This document shows, piece after piece, positions 1-12,285 of a DNA stretch of 64,000 nucleotides; position 1 is the first letter of the stretch; each line of letters opens with the position of its first letter. The DNA is from Callorhinchus milii (taxonomy: Eukaryota): positions 31,188,001 through 31,252,000 of the forward strand of contig NW_024704742.1 in the NCBI RefSeq assembly GCF_018977255.1, in the 5' to 3' direction. The translations under genes and the position numbers were made by a program. Under the pieces are notes generated by a model. The model was given only the letters and a program-made list of their open reading frames with translations. It did no database searches and was not told the DNA's origin.

Positions 1-869
1 AGTGTGCTGCGAAGTACAGAATTAGTGGTGCTTTCACTTCTCCCTTTGCCTTGCACTTCATTATTGGTGTATTACAATTCCTGAGATTGCTAAAATCCCT
101 AGGGATTATAACATGATGATTACCTGCCACTCCTTCCTTGCCTAAACAGCTTCCCAAACAGCTCCTGCCTCTTTTTCTCTCAATCTAGTCTTAATTTGGA
201 AATGGTTCTTTTTTTAAGAACTGCAGAAAAACAGCTTTAAATTTTAAAAATGTAGTGTAGTGACTACATTTTTGTAGGCACTACATTACAAATGTAGTGG
301 ATGGATATCTCTTTCTAGTCCTTCAATTGACCGTGACCATATAAACTGGCTGTACAGAGCAGATAACAGTTACCATTTTGCACATGCTATATTTCTAGTT
401 TCTCGCCAGCATACTGCCATATTCCTTATTTTGTAGGTTGCATAAACATTTAATCCTCTAAAATTAAATTCTCATTCTTTTTCTCCTTTCTCCCCAAAAG
501 GGAAAAACACCTCCGTTCACTCATGTCAATCTTGTACTCACACTCGGAAATAGAATCATAATATTGAGCCCGGTGTTTTTTTTGTGTGTTGTTTCTTTAT
601 TCAGAGCCATTATAGTGAGATATGTTGCTGGTGTTTGATAAATTACAGTAATAAATGTGACTATATTGTGTAAATGTTTGCACGGATTGCCTGAACTGGT
701 GGGACGAGTTGCTTGGGTGGGAGGATGCTTTGCGGGCTGAATGCAACCTGTTGTTTGCAAGTTGAAACATGTTTTAAGAGACATTCCCTGATTTTTAATG
801 TATATTAATATTGATAAAGTTGTTTTGGTCATGGAGAATTATGACCTGTTGGTGTCCTTGCTTGAACAG

Positions 870-985
870 GTTGGACAGGTGCATGGCGGATTGATGGGAA
901 TTATTCAGAGGTCTATGGTGAAAGCCTGCCCACATGTCTGGTTTGAACGAAATGAGATGAAAGACCGCCATCTGGTAATGAAAAG
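870..985 (+). CDS. GPAT3: GPAT3 (AGPAT9) internal coding exon, VGQVHGGLMGIIQRSMVKACPHVWFERNEMKDRHLVMK(R)
   Basis: Translation matches the vertebrate GPAT3/GPAT4 acyltransferase domain. Acceptor cag at 867-869, donor gttag at 986, ends in phase 2. Earlier exons lie upstream of the window. Confidence 0.93.
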
Positions 986-1649
986 GTTAGCCGCGGCATT
1001 GCTGCTTGTCAAAGCTCCTGAAACACTCCAGTCTTTTCGCATTCCCGCATCCCACTTCCAGAAGAAATGTTGAATTCAAGTCCGAGAACATTGTCGCAGT
1101 GTGATGAGTTTCATTGATGTATTTGATGGGTTTTGGTATGAGTTAGCATTTCAAGAATACAGCTTCAACCCATTATAACACACCTCAGTACACTGAGGAT
1201 CTGCTTATAGCACGGACGGATCTACAGTACTCTGGAAGTGAGGTATGCTTCCAGTATTGACTGGTTGGCTATTAGCATTGACTGGAGGCTTCCTGTTCAT
1301 AAAGGCAGACTCAGAAGGCCAGTGTCCTAGCAACCATTTGTGTGACGTCAGCCTGATAACCTGGAAATATCATTTGTATAGTGCAAGGTGTGGTTTTATA
1401 GATCCATTCATGGGTTGGACCCATTAATCTTGTTTCATTTTAGGACATTTGCAAATAGGGTTTCTTGTGTTAATCACAACTTCCGGTTTGTCAACCTTGA
1501 GTCAGTAAAGTCAAAAAAAAAAGGTTGGGCACAACTCAAAACTACCCTTGATTATTTATCCCAAACAAAGGTGTTCAATTTGCGTGTGAAGCTTAACTGT
1601 ATAAACTGGTAACTGTTGCGTTACAACCATCCTTCCTTCATTGTGGCTG

Positions 1650-2930
1650 TTATCATACTCTGGTATCTCCTCTGCTTCACCATTGGTAGCCGCACTTTAA
1701 GTCACTGCACCTGAGACTCTGGAGCTCTGCCTCAATCCCTCTTCCTTGCCTCGTGGATGAAGATCATCCAGAACTCTGCAGCCTGTGTCCTCTCCCGCAT
1801 GAGGCTCCGCAACCCTATCACCCTCATCCTTGTGAAACTCCACTGGCTTCCCATCACACAAAGGCTACAGTGCAAGATCCTAGTTCTCACCTTCAAAGCC
1901 CTCCATGGTCTTGCTCCCCCGTACCTCTGCGACCTCCTAATCCCCTACCATCCTGCTCACTCCCTCCACTCAATGGCCTCTGGCCTCCTCACCTCAGGCG
2001 CTGACAGCATCACCATCCATGGAAGCACACTCCACTTTGCTAAGACAGTCCGGAATCTTGGGGTCTTGTTTGACCCTCAGCTATCCTTTCTACTCCACAT
2101 CTGCGCCATGACCCGCTCTGCCTTCCCCCACCTCCGCAATGTCGCCTGGCTCCGCCACTCACATCGCAGGCCGCCAAAACCCTCATCCACACCTTCATAC
2201 ATCCAGGCTCGACTACGCAAACTCACTGCTTGTCGGCCTCCCCAACTCTTCCCTCCACAGGCTGCAGATCATCCAGAACTCTGCAGCCGGGTCCTCTTCC
2301 GCACCAGGCTCCATGACCCTATCACCCCCATCCTCGTCCAACTCCATTGGCTTCCCATCACACAGAGGATACAGTTCAAGATCCTGGTCCTCACCTTCAA
2401 AGCCCTCCATGGTCTTGCTCCCCCCTACCGCTCCGACCTCCTAACCCCCTATCATCCTGCTCCTCCCTCCGCTCAGCGGGCTCCGGCCTGCTTCACGTCC
2501 GCCGCCTCACTCGGCCCACTATTGACAAGCGGGCCTTCCGCCACTCTTCCCTCACCCTCTGGAACTCCATCCCATTGTCCCTCCACCTCGCTCCCTCCCT
2601 TACCCCCTTCAAGACCCATCTCAAGACCCTCCTCTTCGACCGTGCTTTCGATCACCCTGCTTCATCCCCTGCCCTCCACCCTTCCCGACTCCCAGCTTGG
2701 GTCCATAACTCTCTCTGTCCAGCACCTTGGGATGTCCTCCTGACGTGAAAGGCGCTTTACAAATGTAATTTTGTTGTTGTTGCCTGTCTTCAGATCACAC
2801 CTGAAGACATTCCTCTTCGATCGTGCCTATGGTCACCTCCCCTCTCTCCCGGCTGATGTCAAGCTGTTGACAGCTCTGTGACGCTGCCTCGTATGAAGGC
2901 GCTATATGAATGCAAGTTGTTGATGTTGTG
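1650..2930 (+). mobile_element. Older L2 3' remnant (about 1650-1752 and 2782-2930) split by the younger L2
   Basis: Degenerate L2 3' sequence resumes after 2781 (cacacctgaagacattcctcttcgatcgtgcc) and ends in its own gcgctatatgaatgcaagttgttg tail. Confidence 0.6.
1753..2781 (+). mobile_element. L2-clade LINE 3' fragment with an internally duplicated segment
   Basis: ORF2 C-terminal motifs (VRNLGVLFD, IQNSAA, LHWLPI), 3' stem-loop tail and (TTG)n end. Confidence 0.9.
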
Positions 2931-3106
2931 GTTACTGTATGTATCATTACATCTTACAGACACAGGGAGATTTCCATGTGTAGGTAGCATGCATATGTGG
3001 AACTCTTATTTGATTTTGATCATCTTAAACATGGTGAAGGGTTTCCCAGCCAGACCTGGCTGACCAAAAAACATTGTCCTTTCTTTTATATTTCTTCTCT
3101 TCACAG

Positions 3107-3162
3107 ATTAAAAAATCATGTTGCAGATAAGACAAAATTGCCGATTTTAATATTTCCGGAAG
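3107..3162 (+). CDS. GPAT3: GPAT3 coding exon, (R)LKNHVADKTKLPILIFPE(G)
   Basis: Polypyrimidine tract plus cag at 3104-3106, donor gtaact at 3163. Carries the acyltransferase FPEG motif and its phase fits both neighbours. Confidence 0.93.
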
Positions 3163-3221
3163 GTAACTGAGATTTTTTTAAACTATTCCAACCAAATTGT
3201 TGATCACAGTATAATTACCCC

Positions 3222-3960
3222 AAATAACAACAACTTATATTTATATAGCACCTTTCACATTGGGAGGACATATCAAAAGCGCATCACACAACTGACTAGA
3301 AGAACTGAGGGTAGAATGTGTCCAAAAGCACAGTTGAAGACATAGGTCTTAAGGCGGGTTTTGAAGGTGGTGAGAAGGTGTAGGGATTCTGGGATAGAGT
3401 TGCAGACAGTAGAGACACTGTGGACACAGTGGTTCGTGGTTAGCTCGCTCTCCTCACAAGCGAGAGGAATAGGGTTCGATTCCTGGGCAGGGCGACACCT
3501 TAGACATGTTTCCTTACTTCACACTCTTGTTTACCTCGCAGTAAGTAGGAACACGGTTGAAATCTGACTGGCAGATCTCTTTCTGGGGGTAATAATCCCT
3601 CAAAAAAAATCCACAGTTGTTTGTGGGACACTACTGTGCGCAATTGGCTACCGTGTTTCGCCCACTAAATACATAGTCACTCCACTCTACAATAGTTTCT
3701 ATGAAGTGCTTTGAGATATCTTATAAGTGTGATAAGGCACTGTATCAAATGCAAGAATTAGTATTATTATTGTTGTTATAAAAGCTTGCCCACTGATGAT
3801 AGGGTGGAATGGGTGGGGATATGAAGCTGACTGGTGTTGGCTGACTGGGGCAGTAGGATTACAGAACTAGGGTGGGACAAGACCATGGAGTACTTGAAAG
3901 CGAGGACAAGAATCTTAAATTCAATCTGCTGGGTAATGGGGAGGCAGTGGAGCCGTGTGA
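3222..3960 (-). mobile_element. Old L2 remnant on the minus strand, interrupted by a SINE
   Basis: Reverse L2 tail at 3225-3285 and reverse LHWLP-region sequence at 3880-3960. Confidence 0.6.
3414..3778 (+). mobile_element. tRNA-derived SINE, long variant
   Basis: tRNA-like head with B-box ggttcgattcc, internal gtttacctcgcagtaagtaggaac segment, Deu-like core, L2-type tail ending in (TTA)n. Confidence 0.85.
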
Positions 3961-3964
3961 GAAT

Positions 3965-5122
3965 AATCGATAAGGTGCCGCATTAAAGGTTAGTCCAAAA
4001 GATAAGGGCCCATGGAATTGGGGGGAGCATATTAACGTGGATTTGGGAATGGTTAACAGGTAGGAAACAAAGAGTAGGGATAAACAGGTCCTTTTCAGAT
4101 TGGTGGGATGTGACTACTGGAGTGCCACAAGGATCAGTCCTTGGGCCTCAGCTACTTACCATCTACATCAACGATCTAGATGAGGACATCAAAGTTAATA
4201 TATCCAAATTCGCGGATGACACAAAACTAGGAGGAAGTGTCAACACAGAGGATGACATTAAAAAAATGCAGCGAGACATAGATAGGTTAGGTGATTGGCA
4301 GGTAGGTGGCAGATGAAGTATAACGTAGGGAAGTGCGAAGTCATCCACCTAGGTAGCAAAAACAGTAGAGTGGATTCTTTTTTAGAAAGGGAGAGATTGG
4401 AATGTGTTAGCGTCCAGAGGGACTTGGGTGTCCTTGTACACCAATCACAGAAAGTTAGTCTGCAGGTGCAGCAAACAATTAGGAGGTCGAACGGTATGTT
4501 AGCATTCATTATGAAAGAATTAGAGTACAAGAGTAGGGAAGTCTTGTTGCAACTGTATATGGCCCTGGTGAGACCACACCTGGAATACTGTCTCCAGTTT
4601 TGGTCTCCTTATTTAAGGAAGGATGTACTTGCCTTGGAGGGGGTGCAGCGTAGATTTACTTGGTTAGCACCAGGGATGAAGGAGATGAGTTACGAGGATA
4701 GGCTGACCAATTTGGGCCTATATTCTCTAGAAAATAGAAGAATTAGAGGGGATATTATAGAAACCTATAAGATCATCAAACAGTACATAGTGGGAGATTG
4801 TTTCCCCTGGTTGGAGAAACTAAAATCAGGGGTCACAAACTTAAAATCAGATACCAGCCCTTTCGCACTGAGTTGAGGAAGAACTTCTTCACTTAAAGGG
4901 TGGTGAATGTATGAAACTCACTACCCCAAAGGGCTGTTGGCGCTCAGTCCTTGAACTTATTCAAGACTGAGATAGATATATTTCTTATTGCAAAAGGGAT
5001 TAAGGGATATGGGAATAAGGCAGGGTTAGGTTATTAGCTGTAGTTAGATTAGAAGATCAGCCATGATTGAATGGCGGGGCAGGCTCGAAGGGCCGAATGG
5101 CCTGCTCCTGCATGTTATGTTA
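3965..5122 (+). mobile_element. CR1 LINE, 5'-truncated RT and 3' end
   Basis: [18 protein letters not shown] and LVRPHLEYC motifs with frameshifts; 3' tail gggccgaatggcct. Confidence 0.93.
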
Positions 5123-5383
5123 ACTGCATTTTCGATTTGAGTAAATATGGTAATTCATAACTAGAAGAGTGGAGTAATTTATATTGAATATTTACATAAC
5201 CATTCATTCCTTCTTCAACCAATATGCCTTATGCTGCAATTTAATAGGATTGATTTTGTTCATGGAATTATGTTGGCTATTGAATAGTGTTTGACATTCA
5301 GGGATATGTTAAGTAGGGTTGTGTGGTCTTGTCTTATTTACCCCTGAAGTAAGGCACTGCGTAACTGTGTAACTCTCTTGTAG

Positions 5384-5469
5384 GTACCTGCATTAACAAT
5401 ACCTCTGTCATGATGTTTAAGAAAGGAAGTTTTGAAATAGGAGGAACTTTTTACCCGGTTGCGATCAAG
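5384..5469 (+). CDS. GPAT3: GPAT3 coding exon, (G)TCINNTSVMMFKKGSFEIGGTFYPVAIK
   Basis: tag acceptor at 5381-5383, donor gtaacg at 5470. Completes FPEGT and carries the PVAIK motif. Confidence 0.94.
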
Positions 5470-5611
5470 GTAACGCGATAAATGTTCTGTGTGTGATTCT
5501 TGCATACTGTCGACTTTAATAAGTTTTGCCCTTGAATTATTTGACACTGTATGTTGAAGATGGCACATATTTCTGAAAGAATTGCATGTATGAGGGAGAA
5601 CACTATTCATT

Positions 5612-5925
5612 GTGGAATCCTGTAGTTCAGGGGTTAGAGCACTCACCTCGCAAGCGAAAGACCTGAGTTCGATTCTCAATAGGGCAAAACCTTGGCCAAG
5701 TTTCCTTACTCCACACACCTGATAATAATCCCTCAAGAAAAATAGAACAATAATAAACTGGTCACGTCAATCCACGACTGTTTGTGGGACACCCCTGTGG
5801 GCAATTGGCTACCACATTTCACCCACAAGTATACAGTCAATTCACTTTACAGTAGATTCTGTGAAGAGTTTCGAGATCTTTGGAAGACGTGAAAATCCTA
5901 CATCAAATACAAGGATTATTATTAT
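5612..5925 (+). mobile_element. tRNA-derived SINE, short variant
   Basis: Full head-core-tail match to the copies at 36635 and 59713. Confidence 0.88.
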
Positions 5926-5934
5926 ATATTATAA

Positions 5935-6215
5935 GGGAATAGGGTTTATGGGAGAGGGGATTAGGGGGGTGGAGGCTCATGTGGAGTATAAACACAGCAT
6001 TGACTGCTTGGGCCGAACGGTGTGTTTCTGTGCTTATCTTTCTATGTATCCACGTAGAACTCATCCTATCTTAGTTTACATAGATGTACATTAATTGAAG
6101 AGCATGGAAACAGGCCATGTGTCCCAGCCCGTCAGTGCTGGTGTTTCTACCCACACATGAGTCTCCACCCACTTCTTACTCTCTCCCATAATCCTTCATC
6201 CCCTTCTCCCTTATG
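5935..6215. repeat. Two CR1-type 3' tail remnants in inverted orientation (about 5935-6050 + and 6100-6215 -)
   Basis: gtggaggctcatgtgg...gggccgaacgg...tttctgtgc faces gcatggaaacaggcc...cacatgagtctccac. Confidence 0.6.
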
Positions 6216-6907
6216 TGAATAATAGTAATAATCCTTGCATTTGATATAGCGCTTTTCACGTCGGGAGGACGACCCAAAGCGCTTCTAACTTCCTCTTAAA
6301 TCATATGTATCTGTACTATCTGCTAACTGCTGCTATGGGCAGCCAGTTGCACATTCTCACTGTCCTATACTTGAAGACATTCCTCCTAATTTCTAGTTTC
6401 ATCAATCCATTTAAATTCCCAAGATATACGTGACGGAAGAGTTCGCCATAAATACTCCTCAATGCCAAAAAGATAATCAAAAAAAAATCAGAAAATTCAT
6501 TCAACCTGGCCCCATTGGTGCAAAAAGACCTGATCATCTCAGTCTAGACCTATTCCTGTAATGAGCGATGCTGTTCTTCATTTGGGTGAAGAAGATGTGT
6601 GCAGTTCTTGTCGCTCGGGATGGGATGATCAGACTCCTTAAAGCAGTTGCAGGTTGGTTTTGTGCGTTCCCTTTTTTCTCATCCTCCCCACCTTGTTTTT
6701 TTCTATTTTTTTCTCTTCGTACTGATGGTCATAGTACACAGATGCCATTCAAGAGCAGAGCATCCTCTTGACTTGCACCTTTAGGCCTTTGCGACTCCCA
6801 TGTTTAACATGCAGATTCTTGGGATCTTTGAATAAGTATTTTTGAGTGCAATGCATATTCTCTTATTGCTGCCCTTGCTTGACCCTGTGCCCTGTGCTTT
6901 GTTGCAG

Positions 6908-7036
6908 TATGACCCTCAGTTTGGTGATGCTTTCTGGAACAGCAGTAAGTATGGAATGGTGACATATCTGCTCCAAATGATGACCAGTTGGGCCATCGTC
7001 TGCAACGTGTGGTACTTGCCCCCAATGACTAAGCAG
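6908..7036 (+). CDS. GPAT3: GPAT3 coding exon, YDPQFGDAFWNSSKYGMVTYLLQMMTSWAIVCNVWYLPPMTKQ
   Basis: cag acceptor at 6905-6907, donor gtttgc at 7037. Lies within listed ORF 6842..7072 and is highly similar to GPAT3/4. Confidence 0.94.
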
Positions 7037-7349
7037 GTTTGCAAAGATCCTAATATCCATGTATTATACTAATATCTGCCATGTATATCCTAATACCAGT
7101 GTATATCTTAAAGTCCATGTAACAGCTAACCCTCAGTGGTGATGTCATTTGCTCTTCGCAGTGTTAAAGGGGCTGTGCTGTTCTGTTGGCAAAAATAGTA
7201 GTTATGTTGTGGCCACAAGCACTTGTTAATAGTGAAGGCGCATTCGCAATGACCTAGCTTTGAAATAAAGCAAACTTCACTAGGAAGGTCATGCACTTGA
7301 TGCTCTTCAGAATTAACAGTGGTTATTAAGGGATATGTGATATGTTATT

Positions 7350-7480
7350 ATGGGGCAGCAGGTAGCGGCTACAATTGGTCTCAGTGTCCCTGGGTAAGGG
7401 AGGGGTGATAACCGGCCAGGACTCTCACTCCTGATCACCATCCAGACACTCATGAAAGGGGTGTGTGTGGGTGTGCAATG
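7350..7480 (+). mobile_element. Ancient SINE-like repeat, related to the copies at about 12060 and 19560
   Basis: Shared ctgggt(t)agggagggg...ccagg...ctcctg motif. Confidence 0.5.
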
Positions 7481-8254
7481 TACAATATAGAGATGGAGTC
7501 TTAGCAGGAAGAAGTGGATGGAAGCCTAATTGTAATGAAGAGCAAGTCTTGACTTCCCACCCAACCAGCCATCCCTGCCCTCAGTAACTAAGCACTTCTG
7601 TCCATCTCATTTTGGTGCAAGGTGCTTGTCTACATAGGTTATTCTGGATAGCTAGAAATTGTTCAAGCATCTTAACTGCATCGTGTACTGAATGTACTTG
7701 CAGTCCAGAGTGACACTTCAGTGCTGAGCTGGGGAGCACTGCTTTGTCAGAGGTGAGTGGGCTGAATGCCTTTGCTTGTGTGTGTGGCTCAGACTTGAAC
7801 TGGGGAATGAGCCCACTTAACAGCTGTTGAGTGGAGCTCTTCAACTCAGCCCTTCAACATAAGGTTTCAAAGTATCCTCATGTAGCAGTGGTGAAAAAAA
7901 ATTGAACTTTGGATCTTGGTAATATATTAACCCTCAATCGATTAGTCGCTGGCTTTGTGAACTATACAGAGTGGCTGTATAATAGTCAAACTATGAGCTG
8001 AGAAGTATTTATAGTTTAATATGTTATTAAACTTTTAAGACAGCACAGTCATAGAATTTGAACCCCAGCCTCCTGCATAAACAGGAAATCTAGCTGTAGG
8101 TGCTTCGAGGACAATGATTGTTGGTTAAATATTTTCTATTAACCAGCAATGAGAAACGAAACACTGCAGGAGGTTGTGTAAAAGTTGTCTTATAAACAAA
8201 AAGTTGCAAATATATTAATGCCTGCAAAAGAGTCTTCAGTATAATCCACATGAA

Positions 8255-9620
8255 ACTGACCACCTACTCACTCAACCCCATCCCTACCCCTCTCCTTACC
8301 TCCTTCCTTCCTTGTCCCTCTACTGACAGACATCATAAACCTCTCCCTGTCCACTATCACCATTTCCAACCCTTTAAAAATAGTTGCAATCACTCCTATT
8401 CTTAAAAAAAAACCCTCCCTGGACCCATCCCTGCTCTCAAACTACCGCCCCATCTCCAACCTCCCTTTCCATATTCCTGGACTGTGTTGTTACTTCCCAG
8501 CTTTGTAACTTCCTCTCCCACCACTCTCTTCATGAACACCTCCAATTGGTTTCCACAGCACAAAAACAGCTTTGGTCAAAGTGACAAATGACATTTTGTC
8601 CATCAGCGACCAGGAATCCCTCTGCCTCCTCATCCTCCTTGACCTCTCTGCTGCCTTCAATACTGTTGAACACTCTATCCTCCTCCACCGCCTCTCCTCT
8701 CACCTCAACCTTCAGAGTTCTGTCCTTGAATAGTTCAGATCCTATCTCTCACACCGTCTCCACTTCATCTCCACAAACGGCTTGTCCTCTTGCCCCCTTA
8801 CCATCTCGTGCAGCGTTCCTCACGGCTCTGTCCTTGGTCCCCTCTTCAATACCTATATGCTCGCTCTTGGTCACATCATCCACAGATACAGGGTCAACTT
8901 CTACATGTATGCAGATGACACCCAACAGTATCTTTCTGCCTCCACCCTTGACTCCAGGACCACTGCTGTCCTGACAGAATGTCTGTCAGACATCAAGTCC
9001 TGGACGAGAGTGAACTTTCTTCAGTTGAACGTCAACAAGACCGAGGCCCTCCTGATTAGTTCCTATCAGTACCTCCTCCACACCTCAGGCACTGACAGCA
9101 CACTCCCTCCATAGGCTGAGATCATCCAGAAATCTGTAGCCTGTGTCCTCTCCCACACCAGGCTCCGTGACCCTATCAACCCCATCGTCGCCTGACTCCA
9201 CTGGCTTCCCATCACTCAGAGGATACAGTTCAAGATCCTGGTCCTCACCTTCAAATCCCCCTTGCTCCCCACTACCTCTGCGACCTCCTAATCCTCTACC
9301 AATCTGGCGGTTCCTTCCACTCAGCAGGCCCCTTCTCTCCTAACCCACCATTGGCAGGTGGGCCTTTAGCCACTCTGCCCCCACCCTCTGGAACGCCATC
9401 CCGCAGTCTCGCCACCTCGCCCCCTCCCTTGCCTCCTTCAAGACCTGTCTCAAGACCCTTCTCTTCAACCGCACCTTCAATGAACCTCCTTCCCCCCCCA
9501 TGCCCTTCAACCTCCCCGATCCCGATTCCCAGCTCGAGTCTGAAACACTGATCGTTGAGCGCCTTGGGACATCCTCCCAACATGAAAAGCACTATACAAA
9601 TGTAATTTTGTTGTTGTTGT
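8255..9620 (+). mobile_element. L2 LINE fragment including part of the RT domain, with an internal deletion near 9100
   Basis: VPHGSVLGP, YADDTQ and LNVNKTE motifs; L2 tail plus (TTG)n. Confidence 0.92.
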
Positions 9621-10047
9621 AATTATATAGTGGGACCTAGTTTATAAGCGTTTCATAGGAAGACTAGTTCATTTATTGCATAGTTGACTCCGACCTTTAC
9701 TTGCACAAAAATATGCCAGATGCCCTTGATTACCACTTTAACTCAGGCATGCTGGCCGGTGCTGAAGAAGCTAAAATAGTTGGCAGTCAGGGTTATCAGG
9801 TCGCTACTGATGTCACTTACTGTGTGTGCTACACATGCCTGCCCTGCGCTGGAAGCACCGCTAACTTCCTAAAGTCGTCCATTTTTGCTTGCGCTGTTCT
9901 TATGATTCAACTTCTGACATCCTGCACCCAGAGAAGGCGTTATAAGAAGTGGCCCTGCATTGACGTATGTTGTAACCGTCTTTGCTGCTGCTCCTTCAGG
10001 GGTAGTGAGGATCAGTCAGTAACCAGATCTGTCTCTTGACCCTGCAG

Positions 10048-10127
10048 GAAGATGAAGATGCCGTGCAGTTTGCCAACAGGGTCAAAGCAGCCATTGCACA
10101 GCAAGGAGGACTTGTGGATCTTTCCTG
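10048..10127 (+). CDS. GPAT3: GPAT3 coding exon, EDEDAVQFANRVKAAIAQQGGLVDLS(W)
   Basis: cag acceptor at 10045-10047, donor gtgatt at 10128. Contains the EDAVQFANRVK signature. Confidence 0.93.
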
Positions 10128-10713
10128 GTGATTTTTTTTGTGCTGATTTTACTTGAATGTGTGGCTATTTGGAGACTTTGCCTCCTAAAGAATTGCATAT
10201 TTGAATGATTCCCTTTCCCTGCCTCACCATCACCTCACTCCAACTCTAGGAGGAAAGAAGGGTTTGAGCTGCAGACAGGCTCTCTGATTGCTATCTGTGC
10301 TACTCTGACATTGTGTGGAAAGAGATCTGACTCACAGTGCAATGCTCTGCCCCAGAAATCTGCAGAGATGGACTAAATAGGGATGTTTCAACACAAGATA
10401 CAGATACTTGAGTAGTGGAGGTCTTAATGGGTATGGAGAAAGGACAATTGGCTGCCGGATTTCGCTCACACATTATACAGTCAATTCGCTATACAGTATA
10501 ATCTGGGATTAAAAGATTTGCCAAGGTGTAATAAACAGATGTGGCTAGTGTGATGGCTTGACTGGCTTTTTCCTGTTTTCCTATGTTCCTATGTGGCAAT
10601 TGGAGGGGGAGGGGGAACTGGGAGGGGAAGGGAAACTGGGCCCCTATCCTGTGTGTTGTGTTGGCTACTTTCCACAAGGTTCACTATTTAACCGCTGAGA
10701 ACTGGCAAAACTG

Positions 10714-11003
10714 TGGAGTCCTGTAGCTCACAAAGGAGAGACGAGGTTTCGATTCCTGGCAGGGCGAAACCTTGGGCAAATTTCCTTACTCCACACGCCT
10801 GATAATTATCCCTCGAGGATAAATAAATAATAAATTGGTTACTTCAATCCACAACTGTTTATGGGACACTGCTGTGCGCAATTGGCTGCCGGATTTCGCC
10901 CACAAATTATACAGTCAATTCGCTTTACAGTATAATCTGTGAAGCGCTTTGAGACGTCTGGAAGACGTGAAAAGTGCTATATCAAATGCAAGGATTATTA
11001 TTG
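10714..11003 (+). mobile_element. tRNA-derived SINE, short variant with partly deleted head
   Basis: ggagtcctgtagctca head, core, tail gcgctttgagacgtc...atcaaatgcaaggattatt. Confidence 0.88.
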
Positions 11004-11146
11004 TATAAAACTTGCATGTGTTACTAGTATTCGCTCGTTCAAAAGGAATTTGGACAATATTTCTAAGGGAGAGAGGGTCATCAGAATGCAAGTCTAATCT
11101 GCTGTGATGCTGACTGCAGTGTTGTAGAGTAAATGGGATATTGAGC

Positions 11147-11262
11147 AATAATATAATAATCATCCTTGCATTTGATGTAGCACATTATCATGTCGTTGAG
11201 ACATCTCAAAACGATTCACAGGATACACAGTAAAGTGTAGTGACTGTGTGTTTTGTGGGTGA
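11147..11262 (-). mobile_element. SINE 3' fragment
   Basis: Reverse complement of the SINE tail (atccttgcatttgat). Confidence 0.75.
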
Positions 11263-12039
11263 GGTGGAGTAGAGATTCTCCTGGGAGTGAACCTGATGGA
11301 TCTCTGGGCCTTTCTTCACTTGTTTCTGTCTAATTTGTGTATATTAATATACAGTGTGTAGCTCACTGAACAAGTTGAGTGAGCTTGAGGGATGGGCATC
11401 TTCAACAAAATCTCACTAGTTCGAAGTTTGGAATGAACTAGTCACCTGGTGGAACAAGTGAGCTACTATTTGTGCAGGAAACTCTTTGTGTGTGCGTGCG
11501 TGTGCGTGTGTGTGCATGTGTTGAAACCTAAACTTTGTGTTGAAATGATTATTTGAACTCCTCACCAAGTTTACACTACCTTCAACGTTCACCCTGCTGT
11601 GCAACTGGGTGACAGTACCAGTTAATCGTGACTGCCAAACGCACTTATCTGCATATTTTTAAACTATGCACTGATAGCTGTATATCAAACTGTAACCCTA
11701 TGAAGAATAATCCGTGGGGAGTAATTCCACCCAGGTCTGTATTTCCTCATATTTCTGTAGGATTTCAGAGCCTCTAGAATTTAGTGAGTTGTTAAACTCA
11801 CCCTTAACTTTGCAGCTGATTTTCTGTAGTTCTTAAAGAGAACTTGCAGAAAAACAGCTTCACAATTAAGATAATATTTAAGAATTTGTCAAATTCTGAA
11901 ATGCGGTTTGGAGTGACATATACAGGATTTAATTCCAGTGCCCATTGTGGAGCCCTTATTGAGGACTTCCGTTGTAAATCATTGTAAGGGCAGCCTCGAG
12001 GATAATGTAGACAGAGCTGTAATTTAGGGACCAGGAGCT

Positions 12040-12285
12040 AGGTTTGCTATTCTGAGCCGGGGCTACATGGAGAGGATAAATTGAACCCAGTCTGCCCTGA
12101 GTTAGGGAGGAGAACACCAACCAGAGTTCCTGTTGCTCGTCCCTGGAGTGGTAATGCATGTGTGTGGCAGATGGTTGAGGAGAGGTCCTGCTCGGCTGTG
12201 ACGCCCTCTGCTGTTGAGTAATTTGCCGACACTCGCTGTCATTTCTCACACATGGCCACTCAGGGGTAACCGGTGTCTGTGGATC
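12040..12285 (+). mobile_element. Ancient SINE-like repeat
   Basis: Colinear similarity with 19560-19815 (gttagggagg...ctcggctgtg...gccgacactc...ctcacac...atggcc). Confidence 0.6.

Noticed and set aside
798..1073. 91-aa ORF as a standalone gene
   Set aside because: Only 870-985 is the GPAT3 exon; the flanks are intronic read-through.
1757..2743. 328-aa ORF as a novel gene
   Set aside because: Rearranged L2 ORF2 debris with frame changes, lying inside a GPAT3 intron.
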